From Clostridia bacterium (GTDB taxonomy: Bacteria; Bacillota; Sulfobacillia; DUSP01), in assembly GCA_012842575.1 (NCBI GenBank), contig DUSP01000057.1, forward strand, positions 1 through 44,176: DNA of 44,176 nucleotides, read 5' to 3'. Both the position numbers and the translations under genes were made by a program. The notes beneath the pieces are model-generated. The model made no database searches. It was not told where the DNA came from and was given only the letters and a program-made list of their open reading frames with translations. This document shows positions 1 to 8,194 of the stretch, piece by piece; positions within the stretch are counted from its first letter, which is position 1, and the number at the start of each line of letters is the position of its first letter.

Positions 1-435
1 AGAGATGATCCCCGCCACAAACGACGTAAGCGTACCGAAGACCAAAACGGGCCCCGCCACGGTAAACATCCTGGCTGCAATTCCGAGTACATACCCTTCC
101 CGCTTGAACTCCATGGCCGGTGCCACTATAGAGTTGGCAAAGCCTGTTATGGGCAAGGCCGCTCCCATCCCGGCGATGGGTCCCAGTTTATCGTACACGC
201 CGAGCCCGGTAAGGAAGGCTCCAAGGAATACCATGACGATACTCGTGGCAGAAGAAGCGTCCGCCTTAGGCATTCCTTTCATGAGGAAATAACTTAAGAC
301 GACTTGGCCGAGGGCGCAGATGGCCCCGCCGACGAGAAACGCCGCAACGCAATTGCGCAAAATGGGTCGCGGCGGAGCCACCTGTGCCAGAATTTCCTTA
401 TATTGCTTCTCTTGCGATTTGGTCGCCCTTGACAC
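1..435 (-). CDS. spoVAC: Stage V sporulation protein AC (SpoVAC), 3' end cut by the window edge
   Basis: Absent from the ORF track because it runs off the window. My minus-strand translation from GTG at 435 is VSRATKSQEKQYKEILAQVAPPRPILRNCVAAFLVGGAICALGQVVLSYFLMKGMPKADASSATSIVMVFLGAFLTGLGVYDKLGPIAGMGAALPITGFANSIVAPAMEFKREGYVLGIAARMFTVAGPVLVFGTLTSFVAGIIS, open to position 1. It shows SpoVAC hallmarks: NC..AF.VGG.IC..GQ, ITGFANS, EG.VLG and multiple TM segments. A GGAGAG SD lies 6 nt upstream, inside the end of the preceding ORF. Confidence 0.85.
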   Translation of the reverse strand, partial: MSRATKSQEKQYKEILAQVAPPRPILRNCVAAFLVGGAICALGQVVLSYFLMKGMPKADASSATSIVMVFLGAFLTGLGVYDKLGPIAGMGAALPITGFANSIVAPAMEFKREGYVLGIAARMFTVAGPVLVFGTLTSFVAGIIS

Positions 436-437
436 GA

Positions 438-647
438 TTATCTCTCCAGGTAGGCCACCTTGACGTTGGCTTTATATTCCACGATTTTCCCGCCGGAGAC
501 GTTGGCCGTCCAGTTCATCACTTCGACGCCGCTTATGTTGGGAACCACCTTGGATGCCTCGTTCACGGCGTTGGCCACTGCCTCCTGCCAAGTGTTGGGC
601 GATTCGCCTACGAGCTCCATGACTTTGACAACGGCCACATTCATCAC
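438..647 (-). CDS. Dodecin-family small protein (flavin/ligand-binding dodecamer fold)
   Basis: Track ORF of 69 aa. The segment VVKVMELVGESPNTWQEAVANAVNEASKVVPNISGVEVMNWTANVSGGKIVEYKANVKVAY fits the dodecin pattern (KViEivG.S..sWe.A...Av..A.kt...i....V......v..GkI.eY...vKV.F). The AAGGGG SD spacing favours GTG at 638 as the real start. The stop is 2 nt before the spoVAC GTG. Confidence 0.78.
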   Translation of the reverse strand: MMNVAVVKVMELVGESPNTWQEAVANAVNEASKVVPNISGVEVMNWTANVSGGKIVEYKANVKVAYLER

Positions 648-766
648 CCCTTAGTCTTTTGTCGTCAGGTCTTCGTGAACAGAAGGCCTTTCGGTTTCGC
701 TCATCGCTTCCTCGAGATATTCTGAGCTGAACGCGGAGTACTTACTCAGTCTCCTGAAATGAAACC

Positions 767-788
767 GAAGAAGGCTTGAAGAAGGCTT
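767..788. repeat. Perfect 11-bp tandem duplication (gaagaaggctt x2)
   Basis: Read directly: 767-777 equals 778-788. It lies in the sigF-dodecin spacer. Confidence 0.95.
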
Positions 789-831
789 ATAACGGCGATA
801 GGCTGGTGCGAAACTGCGCAAAAGTTTTGGG

Positions 832-873
832 TCTTTGGGAGCAATGGTCCTATCTTTGGGGGCAATGATCCTA
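832..873. repeat. 21-bp tandem duplication (tctttggg[a/g]gcaatg[g/a]tccta x2)
   Basis: Read directly: 832-852 versus 853-873, with 2 mismatches. Confidence 0.95.
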
Positions 874-958
874 ATTATTAACCCCGAGTCCGAACGGTTC
901 ACGGGGTACGACTTCGGGGGGAGCAATGCTTTTCTTATGTAGATCTTTTATTACTAAG

Positions 959-998
959 ATTAATGTGTAGGCTCACTGATTAATTTGCAGGCTCACTG
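959..998. repeat. 20-bp tandem duplication (attaat[gtgt/ttgc]aggctcactg x2) overlapping the sigF stop codon
   Basis: Read directly: 959-978 versus 979-998. The second copy contains the sigF TGA (993-995 on the plus strand as tca). Confidence 0.95.
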
Positions 999-1766
999 GA
1001 CTTTCGCCCTGATCTTGGAAAGAGCTGCCTTTTCAATTCTTGAGATCTGCGCTTGAGAAATCCCTAGCCTCTCGGCGATATCAGCCTGTTTTCTATCCCT
1101 TAGGAAGCGTTCTATTATGACGAATCGCTCCCTCGGTTCGAGCTCTTCCAAAGCCTCACTAAGGGATGCTTTTTCGGCCCAACGCGACTCAGGATCGCTT
1201 TCATCCGTCAACGACCACTCCAACGGGCGACCGCTTCCTTTGCCACCCGCAAACTCCGGTTCATCCGCATCTCCGACATGAATGGACAAGGGCGGCCGGT
1301 AGGCTTCCAGAAGATATACAAGCTCGGAGACGTCTATCCCGAGCTTCCCGGCTACCTCTTCATTGGTGGGTTCCTGACCCAAACCGGCGGACATTTCAGA
1401 CCTCAACTTCAAGGCACGCTTAAGGAGGTCCGAAGATGCCCGTGACATACTTACGGGGGTTTGATCGCGGAGGTACCTCCTTATTTCGCCAATTATGAGA
1501 GGAACCGCATATGTCGAAAAACACGTGCCGAACCCAGGATCGTATCTCCGGGCAGCCTTGATCAAACCGATGGACCCCACCTGAATAAGGTCTTGGACGT
1601 CATGCCCATAACCGGCGAATCGCCGCGCAATGTTATATACCAATCCCATATTCTCTTCGATACGGCGGTCGTATGCTGAAGGCGCGGGCTTTTTCGAAAG
1701 CCCCTTATCGCGTCGACGTATCGAGGAGAAAGGCTCCTTCCCCTTCTTTCCCTCATGCCGGGGCAT
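993..1766 (-). CDS. sigF: Sporulation sigma factor SigF (sigma-70 family, forespore-specific)
   Basis: 257 aa. Region 2 reads GLVYNIARRFAGYGHDVQDLIQVGSIGLIKAARRYDPGFGTCFSTYAVPLIIGEIRRYLRD and the region 4 HTH reads QADIAERLGISQAQISRIEKAAL. It is the third gene of a spoIIAA-spoIIAB-sigF operon, with its ATG 3 nt after the spoIIAB stop. Confidence 0.93.
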   Translation of the reverse strand: MPRHEGKKGKEPFSSIRRRDKGLSKKPAPSAYDRRIEENMGLVYNIARRFAGYGHDVQDLIQVGSIGLIKAARRYDPGFGTCFSTYAVPLIIGEIRRYLRDQTPVSMSRASSDLLKRALKLRSEMSAGLGQEPTNEEVAGKLGIDVSELVYLLEAYRPPLSIHVGDADEPEFAGGKGSGRPLEWSLTDESDPESRWAEKASLSEALEELEPRERFVIIERFLRDRKQADIAERLGISQAQISRIEKAALSKIRAKVQ

Positions 1767-1769
1767 AGG

Positions 1770-2243
1770 TCAATCATCCTCGCGTGTACCGCGGTCATCG
1801 CCGGGGCGACATTGGCCGCGAGCGGCTTCGGGCTTTTTTCGCATGATGATCTTGGTGCCTTTGTCCTTTTGCGACCTGACCTCCAACTCGTCGACAAAGG
1901 CCTCCATAAAAGAAAACCCTAGGCCCATGCGCTCCGGATCGGTGGTAAAAGACGGTTGACGCGCTAAGGCCACGTCTTCTATGCCCTTTCCAAAATCTTC
2001 GACGCTTATGATTAAACCGCCGTTTTCTATGTGCCCCTCGAGTACCACAACGCCTTCGGCACGCCCAGCGTACGCGTGTATCACCGAATTCGAGACCGCT
2101 TCGGAAACCGCCACTTTCACTTCCTCGATTTCGGAAAGGGTAAAATCGATCTGCGCGGCAAAGGAGGCCGCGGTCAATCTCGCTATACCCACATTTTCAG
2201 GTCTTGCCAAGATCTCAAGCCTGAACCTGTTTCCCTCCGACAA
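1770..2243 (-). CDS. spoIIAB: Anti-sigma F factor / serine protein kinase SpoIIAB
   Basis: 157 aa. The sequence LEILARPENVGIARLTAASFAAQIDFTLSEIEEVKVAVSEAVSNSVIHAY...ISVEDFGKGI...GLGFSFM shows the HATPase_c N, G1 and G2 boxes typical of SpoIIAB. Its position lies between spoIIAA and sigF. Confidence 0.93.
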   Translation of the reverse strand: MSEGNRFRLEILARPENVGIARLTAASFAAQIDFTLSEIEEVKVAVSEAVSNSVIHAYAGRAEGVVVLEGHIENGGLIISVEDFGKGIEDVALARQPSFTTDPERMGLGFSFMEAFVDELEVRSQKDKGTKIIMRKKPEAARGQCRPGDDRGTREDD

Positions 2244-2604
2244 ACCCGTTACCCCCCTCCAGCGCCCCTAAGGCGGCCGCCTCCGAGTCGTATACCGGAA
2301 GAAGCCTGATGATCCCGGAGATTTCAAGCACAGGCAGTATTTGGGGCGTTATACCGACGAGAATCATGACCCCTGCATTTTTCCGCAGGCGTTTGTACCT
2401 CCCCAATATCGCTCCTATCCCTGAACTGTCCAAAAACGAAACGCCCCTCAAATTGAGTATCACGTGTCGGACCTTTTCGTTCTCGAGGGCCTCGTCGGCA
2501 ACCCTTCTGAACTGTTCGGCCGTACGAAGGTCGAATTCCCCTTCAAGCCGCAAGAGGAGGACATTTCCGCGGACTCGCCACCCGATTTCCACTAATGGAC
2601 ACAC
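2215..2604 (-). CDS. spoIIAA: Anti-sigma F factor antagonist SpoIIAA (STAS domain)
   Basis: 129 aa. STAS pattern LLLRLEGEFDLRTAEQFR...VILNLRGVSFLDSSGIGAILGRYK, with the phosphorylatable Ser in the DSSG context. It is the first gene of the spoIIA operon. Confidence 0.9.
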   Translation of the reverse strand: MCPLVEIGWRVRGNVLLLRLEGEFDLRTAEQFRRVADEALENEKVRHVILNLRGVSFLDSSGIGAILGRYKRLRKNAGVMILVGITPQILPVLEISGIIRLLPVYDSEAAALGALEGGNGFVGGKQVQA

Positions 2605-2672
2605 CCCTCACTCTTTGAATTCGTGCGACGTCTTAAGATCTAACACCGTTAGATTCGGACACCGTTTCTTGA

Positions 2673-2701
2673 CTATTCATCGTTATCCAAGAATTTCCTG
2701 C
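2673..2701 (-). promoter_or_regulatory. Sigma-H type promoter for the spoIIA operon
   Basis: The minus strand reads gcAGGAAAT-tcttggataac-GATGAATag. The -35 AGGAAAT is at 2693-2699, the spacer is 11 nt and the -10 GATGAAT is at 2675-2681. This is a full match to the B. subtilis sigma-H consensus RnAGGAwWW-N11-12-RnnGAATww. B. subtilis spoIIA is sigma-H/Spo0A dependent. The site lies about 70 nt upstream of the spoIIAA start. Confidence 0.6.
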
Positions 2702-2744
2702 AAAAACGGAAAGACCACCGCCGCATTACGCGACGCGATGGTCT
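2701..2744 (-). terminator. Probable intrinsic terminator after dacF
   Basis: The minus strand reads AGACCAtcgcgtcgcgtaatgcggcgGTGGTCT followed by TTCCGTTTTTG. The outer 6-bp stem is 2712-2717/2739-2744 with additional inner GC pairs, and a U-tract follows. Confidence 0.45.
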
Positions 2745-2808
2745 CACACGGACACGGATGAGGGGTGTTTATAGTGCACCCATGTTAAGGCAAGAGAACC
2801 GTGTAAGC

Positions 2809-4005
2809 CTATCTCACGGCAAGAAAACCGTGTAAGAACCTGGCGAATAACGCAAAGAAGCTCGCCGTCGGTACGTCTTCTGAAGCTATCAGGGGGATTC
2901 GCCCCAATTCCTTTTGGCCTTTAAATACCGAAAGGACACCAAGACCCTGACCTTTCTTGACGGGTGCCTTAACTTCTCCTTCGAGCACCATCCTCTTTTC
3001 TAACCCTTCGGACTCCCCTTTTGGGAGGGTTACATAGAAGTCATCAGAGGCGAGGGCATGTACCTGTCTTTTTGCGCCTTTCATGACTTCAACTGTTCCG
3101 ACCACATCTCGTTTCCTTGCGACTTCGACGCTCCTAAAATTGGAAAACCCCCAGTTCAGGAGTCTTTGGGCGTCGGCCATCCTGGTTCCAGGATCGGGAG
3201 CCCCGAGAATCACCGCCACCAGTCTCATCCCGTCCCTCAAAGCCGTAGCTGAAAGGCAATACTTCGCCTCCTCCGTAAAACCCGTTTTCAGACCGTCGGC
3301 GCCCTCGTAGAAGTTAACGAGTCTATTACGGTTTACGAGCCAGGTTTTTCCACCTCTCAAGTACTCTTGGTAAATGGACGTCATCTTAAGGAGGTCAGGA
3401 AATCTGGTAGCATAGCTCGATATTAAAGCCATGTCCCTTGCAGTAGTATAGTGACCCTCCTCGCTTATGCCATGTGGGTTTTTGAACGAGGTGTTCACCG
3501 CGCCCAATTCTCTGGCCTTATCGTTCATCATCCGGACAAATGCTTCTTGGCTACCGGCCAAATGCTCTGCCAACGCCACCGAAGCGTCATTTCCCGAAGC
3601 CACGGCGACGCCCAACAGTATATCTTTAAGACTCATGGTCTCGCCAACCTCGAGAAAGATGGTCGTGCCGCCCGGCTTCCTCACCTCTTCGCTGGCGGTC
3701 ACCAAGTCCTCGAACCTCGCCTTCCCCTCCTGGATGGCCTCGAAGGCCAGGATCAGGGTCATGATCTTTGTAAGGCTGGCCGGTGCCCATTTTTTATCGG
3801 CGTTCTTTTCATACAGGATTTGCCCGCTTCGTGGGTCCATCAATACCGCGCATTCGGATTTAATCTCTACGTCCTGGGCAAAGACGGGCTCCTTCCTGAA
3901 CTGTAAGGACGCCGATGTTATAAGTAGCGCAAGCAGGACCGAGGTCAGTACCGTGGTGCGAAACGCCGAACCACGAACGTCACTCACCTTCGACAAAAAT
4001 ACCAC
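2809..4005 (-). CDS. dacF: D-alanyl-D-alanine carboxypeptidase (class C low-MW PBP), sporulation-associated by position
   Basis: 398 aa with an N-terminal signal/TM segment. The three PBP boxes are present: SLTK (ASLTKIMT), SGN (VASGNDAS) and KTG (GLKTGFT). It lies immediately upstream of spoIIAA, as dacF does in B. subtilis. Confidence 0.88.
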   Translation of the reverse strand: MVFLSKVSDVRGSAFRTTVLTSVLLALLITSASLQFRKEPVFAQDVEIKSECAVLMDPRSGQILYEKNADKKWAPASLTKIMTLILAFEAIQEGKARFEDLVTASEEVRKPGGTTIFLEVGETMSLKDILLGVAVASGNDASVALAEHLAGSQEAFVRMMNDKARELGAVNTSFKNPHGISEEGHYTTARDMALISSYATRFPDLLKMTSIYQEYLRGGKTWLVNRNRLVNFYEGADGLKTGFTEEAKYCLSATALRDGMRLVAVILGAPDPGTRMADAQRLLNWGFSNFRSVEVARKRDVVGTVEVMKGAKRQVHALASDDFYVTLPKGESEGLEKRMVLEGEVKAPVKKGQGLGVLSVFKGQKELGRIPLIASEDVPTASFFALFARFLHGFLAVR

Positions 4006-4064
4006 CCCCTCGACATATGATGTATCGAGGCGGGAGGTTTTAATCCTCGCCTTCCAATCACGAC

Positions 4065-5354
4065 CTATGTTGGGTTTTTTGAAGCTTCTTTTAGGAACGG
4101 TTTTCCAAAGGCTGTGGGCCCCAACCCGAAGAATTCGGCTATGGTAGCCCCGACGTCGGCCATCTTCCTCAATCCGAGCATGGTAGGAGCTTTTTGGGGT
4201 TTATAGTCTCCTTCTTCACACTTCCCCTCTCTCTTAGGAGGTCCCGGAGGGGGTTTCGGGCTCCCGTACACCAGGAGAGGAACGTCTTCACGCGTATGAT
4301 CGGTCCCCGGAAAGGTCGGATCACAACCATGATCCGCGGTAATGAGGAGCAGGTCGTCGTTACCGAGGAGGGATATGATCTTAGAAATGGCGTCATCGAA
4401 TTCGACGAGGGCACGATAAAACCCCTGTACATCATTTCTATGACCGTAGAGGGTGTCGAAATCCACTAGATTGCACGCTGCAAGCCCTTCTTTACCTTCC
4501 TTCAAAAACCGCTTGCATAATTCGATACCTTCATGGTTGCCGGCAGTGTGAAACGATTCCGTGAGGCCTTCACCGGCGAAAAGATCTTCGATCTTCCCGA
4601 TACCCCATACGTTAAGCCCGGACTCTTTCGCCAGATCGAGAACGGTTCTTCCCGGAGGCTTCACCGAAAAATCCCGCCTCTCGGGCGTGCGCCGAAAAGC
4701 ACCTGGAGCACCGACGAATGGCCTCGCTATCACTCGCCCCACGAGATATGGCCCAACGAGGATTTCCCTGGCGATCTCCGAGATTCGGTAAAGCTCGTCC
4801 AAAGCGATTACGTCTTTATGCGCGGCGATTTGGAACACACTATCCTGTGAGGTGTAGACGATGGGGGACCCTGTCGAGATGTGCTCCCGGCCGAGGCGTT
4901 CGATGATCTCGGTACCCGAGGCCGGAACGTTCCCTAGAACCTTACGGCCTATTCTTCTTTCGAATTCGCCTATGACCTCTTGCGGAAAACCTTGGGGAAA
5001 GGTCTTGAATTCGAAATCCACTTCAAGGCCGGCCAGTTCCCAATGTCCGGTCATACTATCCTTGCCGGGCGAGGACTTACGCAGGCGGGCCGTTGCCCAA
5101 AACCGGGGACAAAGAGAAGCAAACAGCCTGTAGGACGTACTCTCAGTTACAGCGCGGGAAGTTGTCTGCCCAAGACCAAAAGAGGAGTCCAAGAGATCGC
5201 CCAAACCGAGCGCCTCAAAATTCGGTAAGTTAAGGACGCCGATCTCAGAAGCTATATGACCCAGAGTGTTTGAGCCTTCATCTCCATACCTTCCGGCATC
5301 CGGAGCCCATCCGATTCCGACACCGTCCATTACGATCAATAAAACGCGTTTCAA
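4065..5354 (-). CDS. deoB: Phosphopentomutase
   Basis: 429 aa. Motifs seen: MKRVLLIVMDGVGIG, GKDSMTGHWELAG, YGHRND and ADHGCDPTFPGTDHTRE (metal and phosphoserine motifs of DeoB/Drm). It carries a short Pro/Lys-rich insertion near the C-terminus relative to the roughly 390-aa norm. The track start is TTG. Confidence 0.9.
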   Translation of the reverse strand: MKRVLLIVMDGVGIGWAPDAGRYGDEGSNTLGHIASEIGVLNLPNFEALGLGDLLDSSFGLGQTTSRAVTESTSYRLFASLCPRFWATARLRKSSPGKDSMTGHWELAGLEVDFEFKTFPQGFPQEVIGEFERRIGRKVLGNVPASGTEIIERLGREHISTGSPIVYTSQDSVFQIAAHKDVIALDELYRISEIAREILVGPYLVGRVIARPFVGAPGAFRRTPERRDFSVKPPGRTVLDLAKESGLNVWGIGKIEDLFAGEGLTESFHTAGNHEGIELCKRFLKEGKEGLAACNLVDFDTLYGHRNDVQGFYRALVEFDDAISKIISLLGNDDLLLITADHGCDPTFPGTDHTREDVPLLVYGSPKPPPGPPKREGKCEEGDYKPQKAPTMLGLRKMADVGATIAEFFGLGPTAFGKPFLKEASKNPT

Positions 5355-5444
5355 TACCGCTTCGCTCCTAGGCTAGGGCGCCTTTGCCGTTTCCTGCCTC
5401 CGGTTTCGGCATCGAGGCCGCCTTTCTACACCCATGGCGCGGGT

Positions 5445-6335
5445 TTATGCACGTGGGTGCGTCCTCGCGTAAATCTCCTTGAGTCTGCCCTTCGTCACCT
5501 GGGTATATATTTGGGTGGTAGATATGTCGGCGTGCCCGAGCATCTCCTGAACCGACCTGAGGTCCGCCCCGTTTTCGAGAAGGTGGGTGGCGAAGGAGTG
5601 TCTCAAGGTATGTGGTGTTATGTGTTTTCTAATCTTCGCTTCCTGCGCGTACTTCCTCACAATCTTCCAAAACCCTTGGCGCGTGAGCCTCCGGCCGTGA
5701 TGATTCAGGAACAGACTGGGTTCTTGAGTATTACTTCCGAGGATGCGCGGCCGCCCCTCTTGTAGATACTGACGGACGCTCTTTAACGCCATTGAACCCA
5801 CGGGGACTATGCGCTCCCTCGCCCCTTTGCCCCGGCACTTCAGAAATCCCATCTCGAGATTGAGGTCGGATACGTTGAGGGAGATGAGCTCCGACACCCT
5901 TATGCCGGTAGCGTAGAGGAGTTCCAGCATGGCCCTGTCGCGTAGCCCGGTAGGCGTAGTCGGCTTGGGCTGTTTGAGGAGCATATCTACTTCCCTTACG
6001 GTCAAAACCTTCGGTAAACGCTTCTCGAGCTTGGGCGACTCGAGATTCGATGTGGGGTCGTTCTGGAGGAAATTTTCCCGCACCAGGTACTGATAAAATG
6101 CTTTGAGTGCAGCCAAGCGGCGCGCTATGGTGGCCGGGGCTCTACCCTGTTTTTGCAGGTGGAGGAGATACGCCACGATAGTCGCCGGTCCCGCGTCCTC
6201 AATAGACGTCTTGCCCCCGTTTTCCAGAAACGTCTTGTACTGCTTCAGATCCCTGCCGTATGAGTCCAGGGTGTTCTCGGCAAGACCCTTTTGCTTACCG
6301 AGATAGTCGATGAAATTACTGATCAAGTCGGCCAT
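5445..6335 (-). CDS. xerD: Site-specific tyrosine recombinase XerD (RipX-like)
   Basis: 296 aa with an N-terminal SAM-like domain. Catalytic residues occur in ATGIRVSEL, HTLRHSFATHLL and LGHADISTTQIYTQV (R-H-R-Y set). Synteny with deoB/dacF/spoIIA matches B. subtilis ripX. Confidence 0.88.
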   Translation of the reverse strand: MADLISNFIDYLGKQKGLAENTLDSYGRDLKQYKTFLENGGKTSIEDAGPATIVAYLLHLQKQGRAPATIARRLAALKAFYQYLVRENFLQNDPTSNLESPKLEKRLPKVLTVREVDMLLKQPKPTTPTGLRDRAMLELLYATGIRVSELISLNVSDLNLEMGFLKCRGKGARERIVPVGSMALKSVRQYLQEGRPRILGSNTQEPSLFLNHHGRRLTRQGFWKIVRKYAQEAKIRKHITPHTLRHSFATHLLENGADLRSVQEMLGHADISTTQIYTQVTKGRLKEIYARTHPRA

Positions 6336-6684
6336 CAGAGAACACCTTCTCCTCCGTGATTCCGCTTCTACCCGTCACCCCCGAGCTACACCGACTATGA
6401 TTGCTTTGGGCAGTTGGCACTATTCCACATAATTCCGGGAAAATCCTTCCCTATCTGTTAGATTGACCCAAGCTCGGTTATCGAGCCTCCATGGGTTGCG
6501 AGAAGATTCAGCAACACTAGACGGAAAAACCAGGGCGCGTAAGGGTGAACTCCGGGTGGCGCTTTTGGCTACGTCGCATTCACGGGGACTTCGCCGGATG
6601 CATTCCGTCAATGCTACGTCCCAATGTTCAGTATCAATGATATGTGAATACCGAAGGGCATAGAACGCTAAAGCCTCTACCCCG

Positions 6685-6729
6685 AATTCAAATAGAAACC
6701 GCCTTCCGACACGGTGGAAGGAAGGCGGT
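6685..6729 (-). terminator. Intrinsic terminator after ald
   Basis: The minus strand reads ACCGCCTTCC-ttccaccgtgtc-GGAAGGCGGT. This is a 10-bp perfect stem (6698-6707/6720-6729) followed by TTCTATTTGAATT. Confidence 0.6.
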
Positions 6730-6786
6730 AATAACGTTATCCACAAGATCCACAAGGCATCATCGGGGAGGAACGGCTCGCCTGGA

Positions 6787-7905
6787 TCAGCCTATCACTT
6801 CCTCCAGAGGCGTGTACTCTAGCCCATGCGCCTCGGCCACGGCCCGATACGTCACGGCACCGCGGTACACGTTGACGCCTCTGGCCAGCGCCGCATCGCA
6901 CTTAATCGCGGCTTTCACCCCCATGTCTGCGATTTTTAAGGCATAGGGCAGCGTCACGTTGGTGAGGGCGAAGGTCGAGGTCCTGGGGACCGCACCGGGT
7001 ATGTTGGCCACGGCGTAGTGGACCACCCCGTATTTTACGTAAACGGGGTCGGAGTGGGTGGTTATGCGGTCTATGGTCTCTATGGATCCTCCCTGGTCTA
7101 TGGCCACGTCCACGATGACAGAACCCGGCTTCATGTCCTTCACCATTTCCTCGGTTACGAGCTTCGGGGCCTTGGCGCCGGGTATGAGGACTGCGCCTAT
7201 GAGGAGGTCGGCCCTCTTTACGGCCTGTGCGATGTTATAAGGCGAGGACATGAGGGTCACGACCCTACCCTCGAACACCTCGTCTATGTAGCGGAGACGG
7301 GAGGGGTTCACGTCGAGCACCGCCACAGAGGCTCCCATGCCTAGGGCTATCCTGGCGGCGTTTACGCCCACCGTACCCCCGCCGATTATGACCACGTTTC
7401 CAGGGGGAACCCCCGGGACCCCTCCTAGGAGGATACCCCTTCCGCCGTAGCGCTTCTCGAGGAAGTGAGCGCCTATTTGGATCGACATTCTGCCGGCCAC
7501 TTCGCTCATGGGGTGAAGGAGGGGCAAGGAACCGTCTTCGAGCTGCACGGTCTCGTATGCTATGCCTATCACCTTCGAGTCGATCATGGCGCGAGTGAGG
7601 TCGGGCTCGGGGGCGAGGTGAAGGTATGTGAATATGACGAGGTCTTCCCTGAAGTACGGGTACTCTTCACGCAGGGGTTCCTTCACCTTTATTATCATGT
7701 CAGAGCGGGAGTATACCTCCCTTGCGGAGGTGAGGATTTCCGCGCCCGCTTTCACGTACTCCTCGTCGGATATCCCGCTTCCTAACCCGGCGTCTTTCTC
7801 GATGAAAACCCTATGTCCCCGCTTCGCAAAGGCGTCCACCCCGGCAGGGGTTATCGCGACGCGGTTTTCGTCTTTTTTGATTTCCTTGGGAACGCCGACG
7901 TTCAT
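6787..7905 (-). CDS. ald: Alanine dehydrogenase
   Basis: 372 aa. The N-terminus is [23 protein letters not shown] and the NAD Rossmann motif is [22 protein letters not shown]. The sequence is typical full-length Ald. Confidence 0.93.
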   Translation of the reverse strand: MNVGVPKEIKKDENRVAITPAGVDAFAKRGHRVFIEKDAGLGSGISDEEYVKAGAEILTSAREVYSRSDMIIKVKEPLREEYPYFREDLVIFTYLHLAPEPDLTRAMIDSKVIGIAYETVQLEDGSLPLLHPMSEVAGRMSIQIGAHFLEKRYGGRGILLGGVPGVPPGNVVIIGGGTVGVNAARIALGMGASVAVLDVNPSRLRYIDEVFEGRVVTLMSSPYNIAQAVKRADLLIGAVLIPGAKAPKLVTEEMVKDMKPGSVIVDVAIDQGGSIETIDRITTHSDPVYVKYGVVHYAVANIPGAVPRTSTFALTNVTLPYALKIADMGVKAAIKCDAALARGVNVYRGAVTYRAVAEAHGLEYTPLEEVIG

Positions 7906-7926
7906 GATTTATCACCCATTCTCCTT

Positions 7927-7950
7927 TCGCCTTCTCGCCTTCTCGCCTTC
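7927..7950. repeat. 8-bp unit repeated three times (tcgccttc x3) just upstream of the ald RBS
   Basis: Read directly: 7927-7934, 7935-7942 and 7943-7950 are identical. Confidence 0.95.
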
Positions 7951-8119
7951 TGACACTGAGCGACATACATGGACCGGGATATCTGTTCCGTCTTTTCCCT
8001 GCCATTGTGTCTGCCCTGCACATCACGCCTTTGGCCCGACTTTCGTGGGCGTTTTAGGTTAGTTTGGTGTCATCCGTGATTAGATGTACTACAAGATTTA
8101 GGAAAGTCCTTTATTTTGA

Positions 8120-8148
8120 CTAAAACAAGTGCTTGATTTCACAAGCAC
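8120..8148 (-). terminator. Intrinsic terminator after spoIIM
   Basis: The minus strand reads GTGCTTG-tgaaat-CAAGCAC (8129-8135/8142-8148) followed by TTGTTTTAG. Confidence 0.6.
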
Positions 8149-8194
8149 AAGCACAGCACGAGCAGGGCGTTCAGGGGCACGCGAACAGTCTTAG

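Noticed and set aside
651-926. 91-aa minus-strand ORF in the sigF-dodecin spacer, and the 17-aa sub-ORF MSETERPSVHEDLTTKD just upstream of dodecin.
   Set aside because: The long ORF reads through the tandem duplications (IAPKDRTIAPKD) and lacks an SD. The mini-ORF has only a marginal SD (GAGGAA, 3-nt spacing). Neither has support beyond being open.
3467-4147. Long plus-strand ORFs opposite minus-strand genes: 3467..4147 (226 aa), 14887..15543 (218 aa), 16116..16685 (189 aa), 22599..23249 (216 aa) and 43180..43773 (197 aa).
   Set aside because: Each lies entirely antisense to a minus-strand gene with clear family motifs. Their products are Ser/Pro/Arg/Thr-rich and low in complexity, they have no SD, and they match no family. 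These are typical antisense shadow ORFs of GC-rich DNA.
6540-6562. The plus strand reads CCGGGTGGCGCTTTTGG, resembling a T-box (GGGTGGTACCGCG) followed by a terminator.
   Set aside because: It lies on the plus strand, which has no downstream gene. The specifier, AG-bulge and other T-box leader elements are absent, and the motif match is imperfect.
6420-6755. 111-aa minus-strand ORF in the ald-xerD spacer, considered as a possible remnant of fur.
   Set aside because: It has no HHHxH/CxxC Fur motifs and no SD. Its start codon lies inside the ald terminator hairpin, and the sequence is Arg/Ser/Trp-rich and not protein-like.
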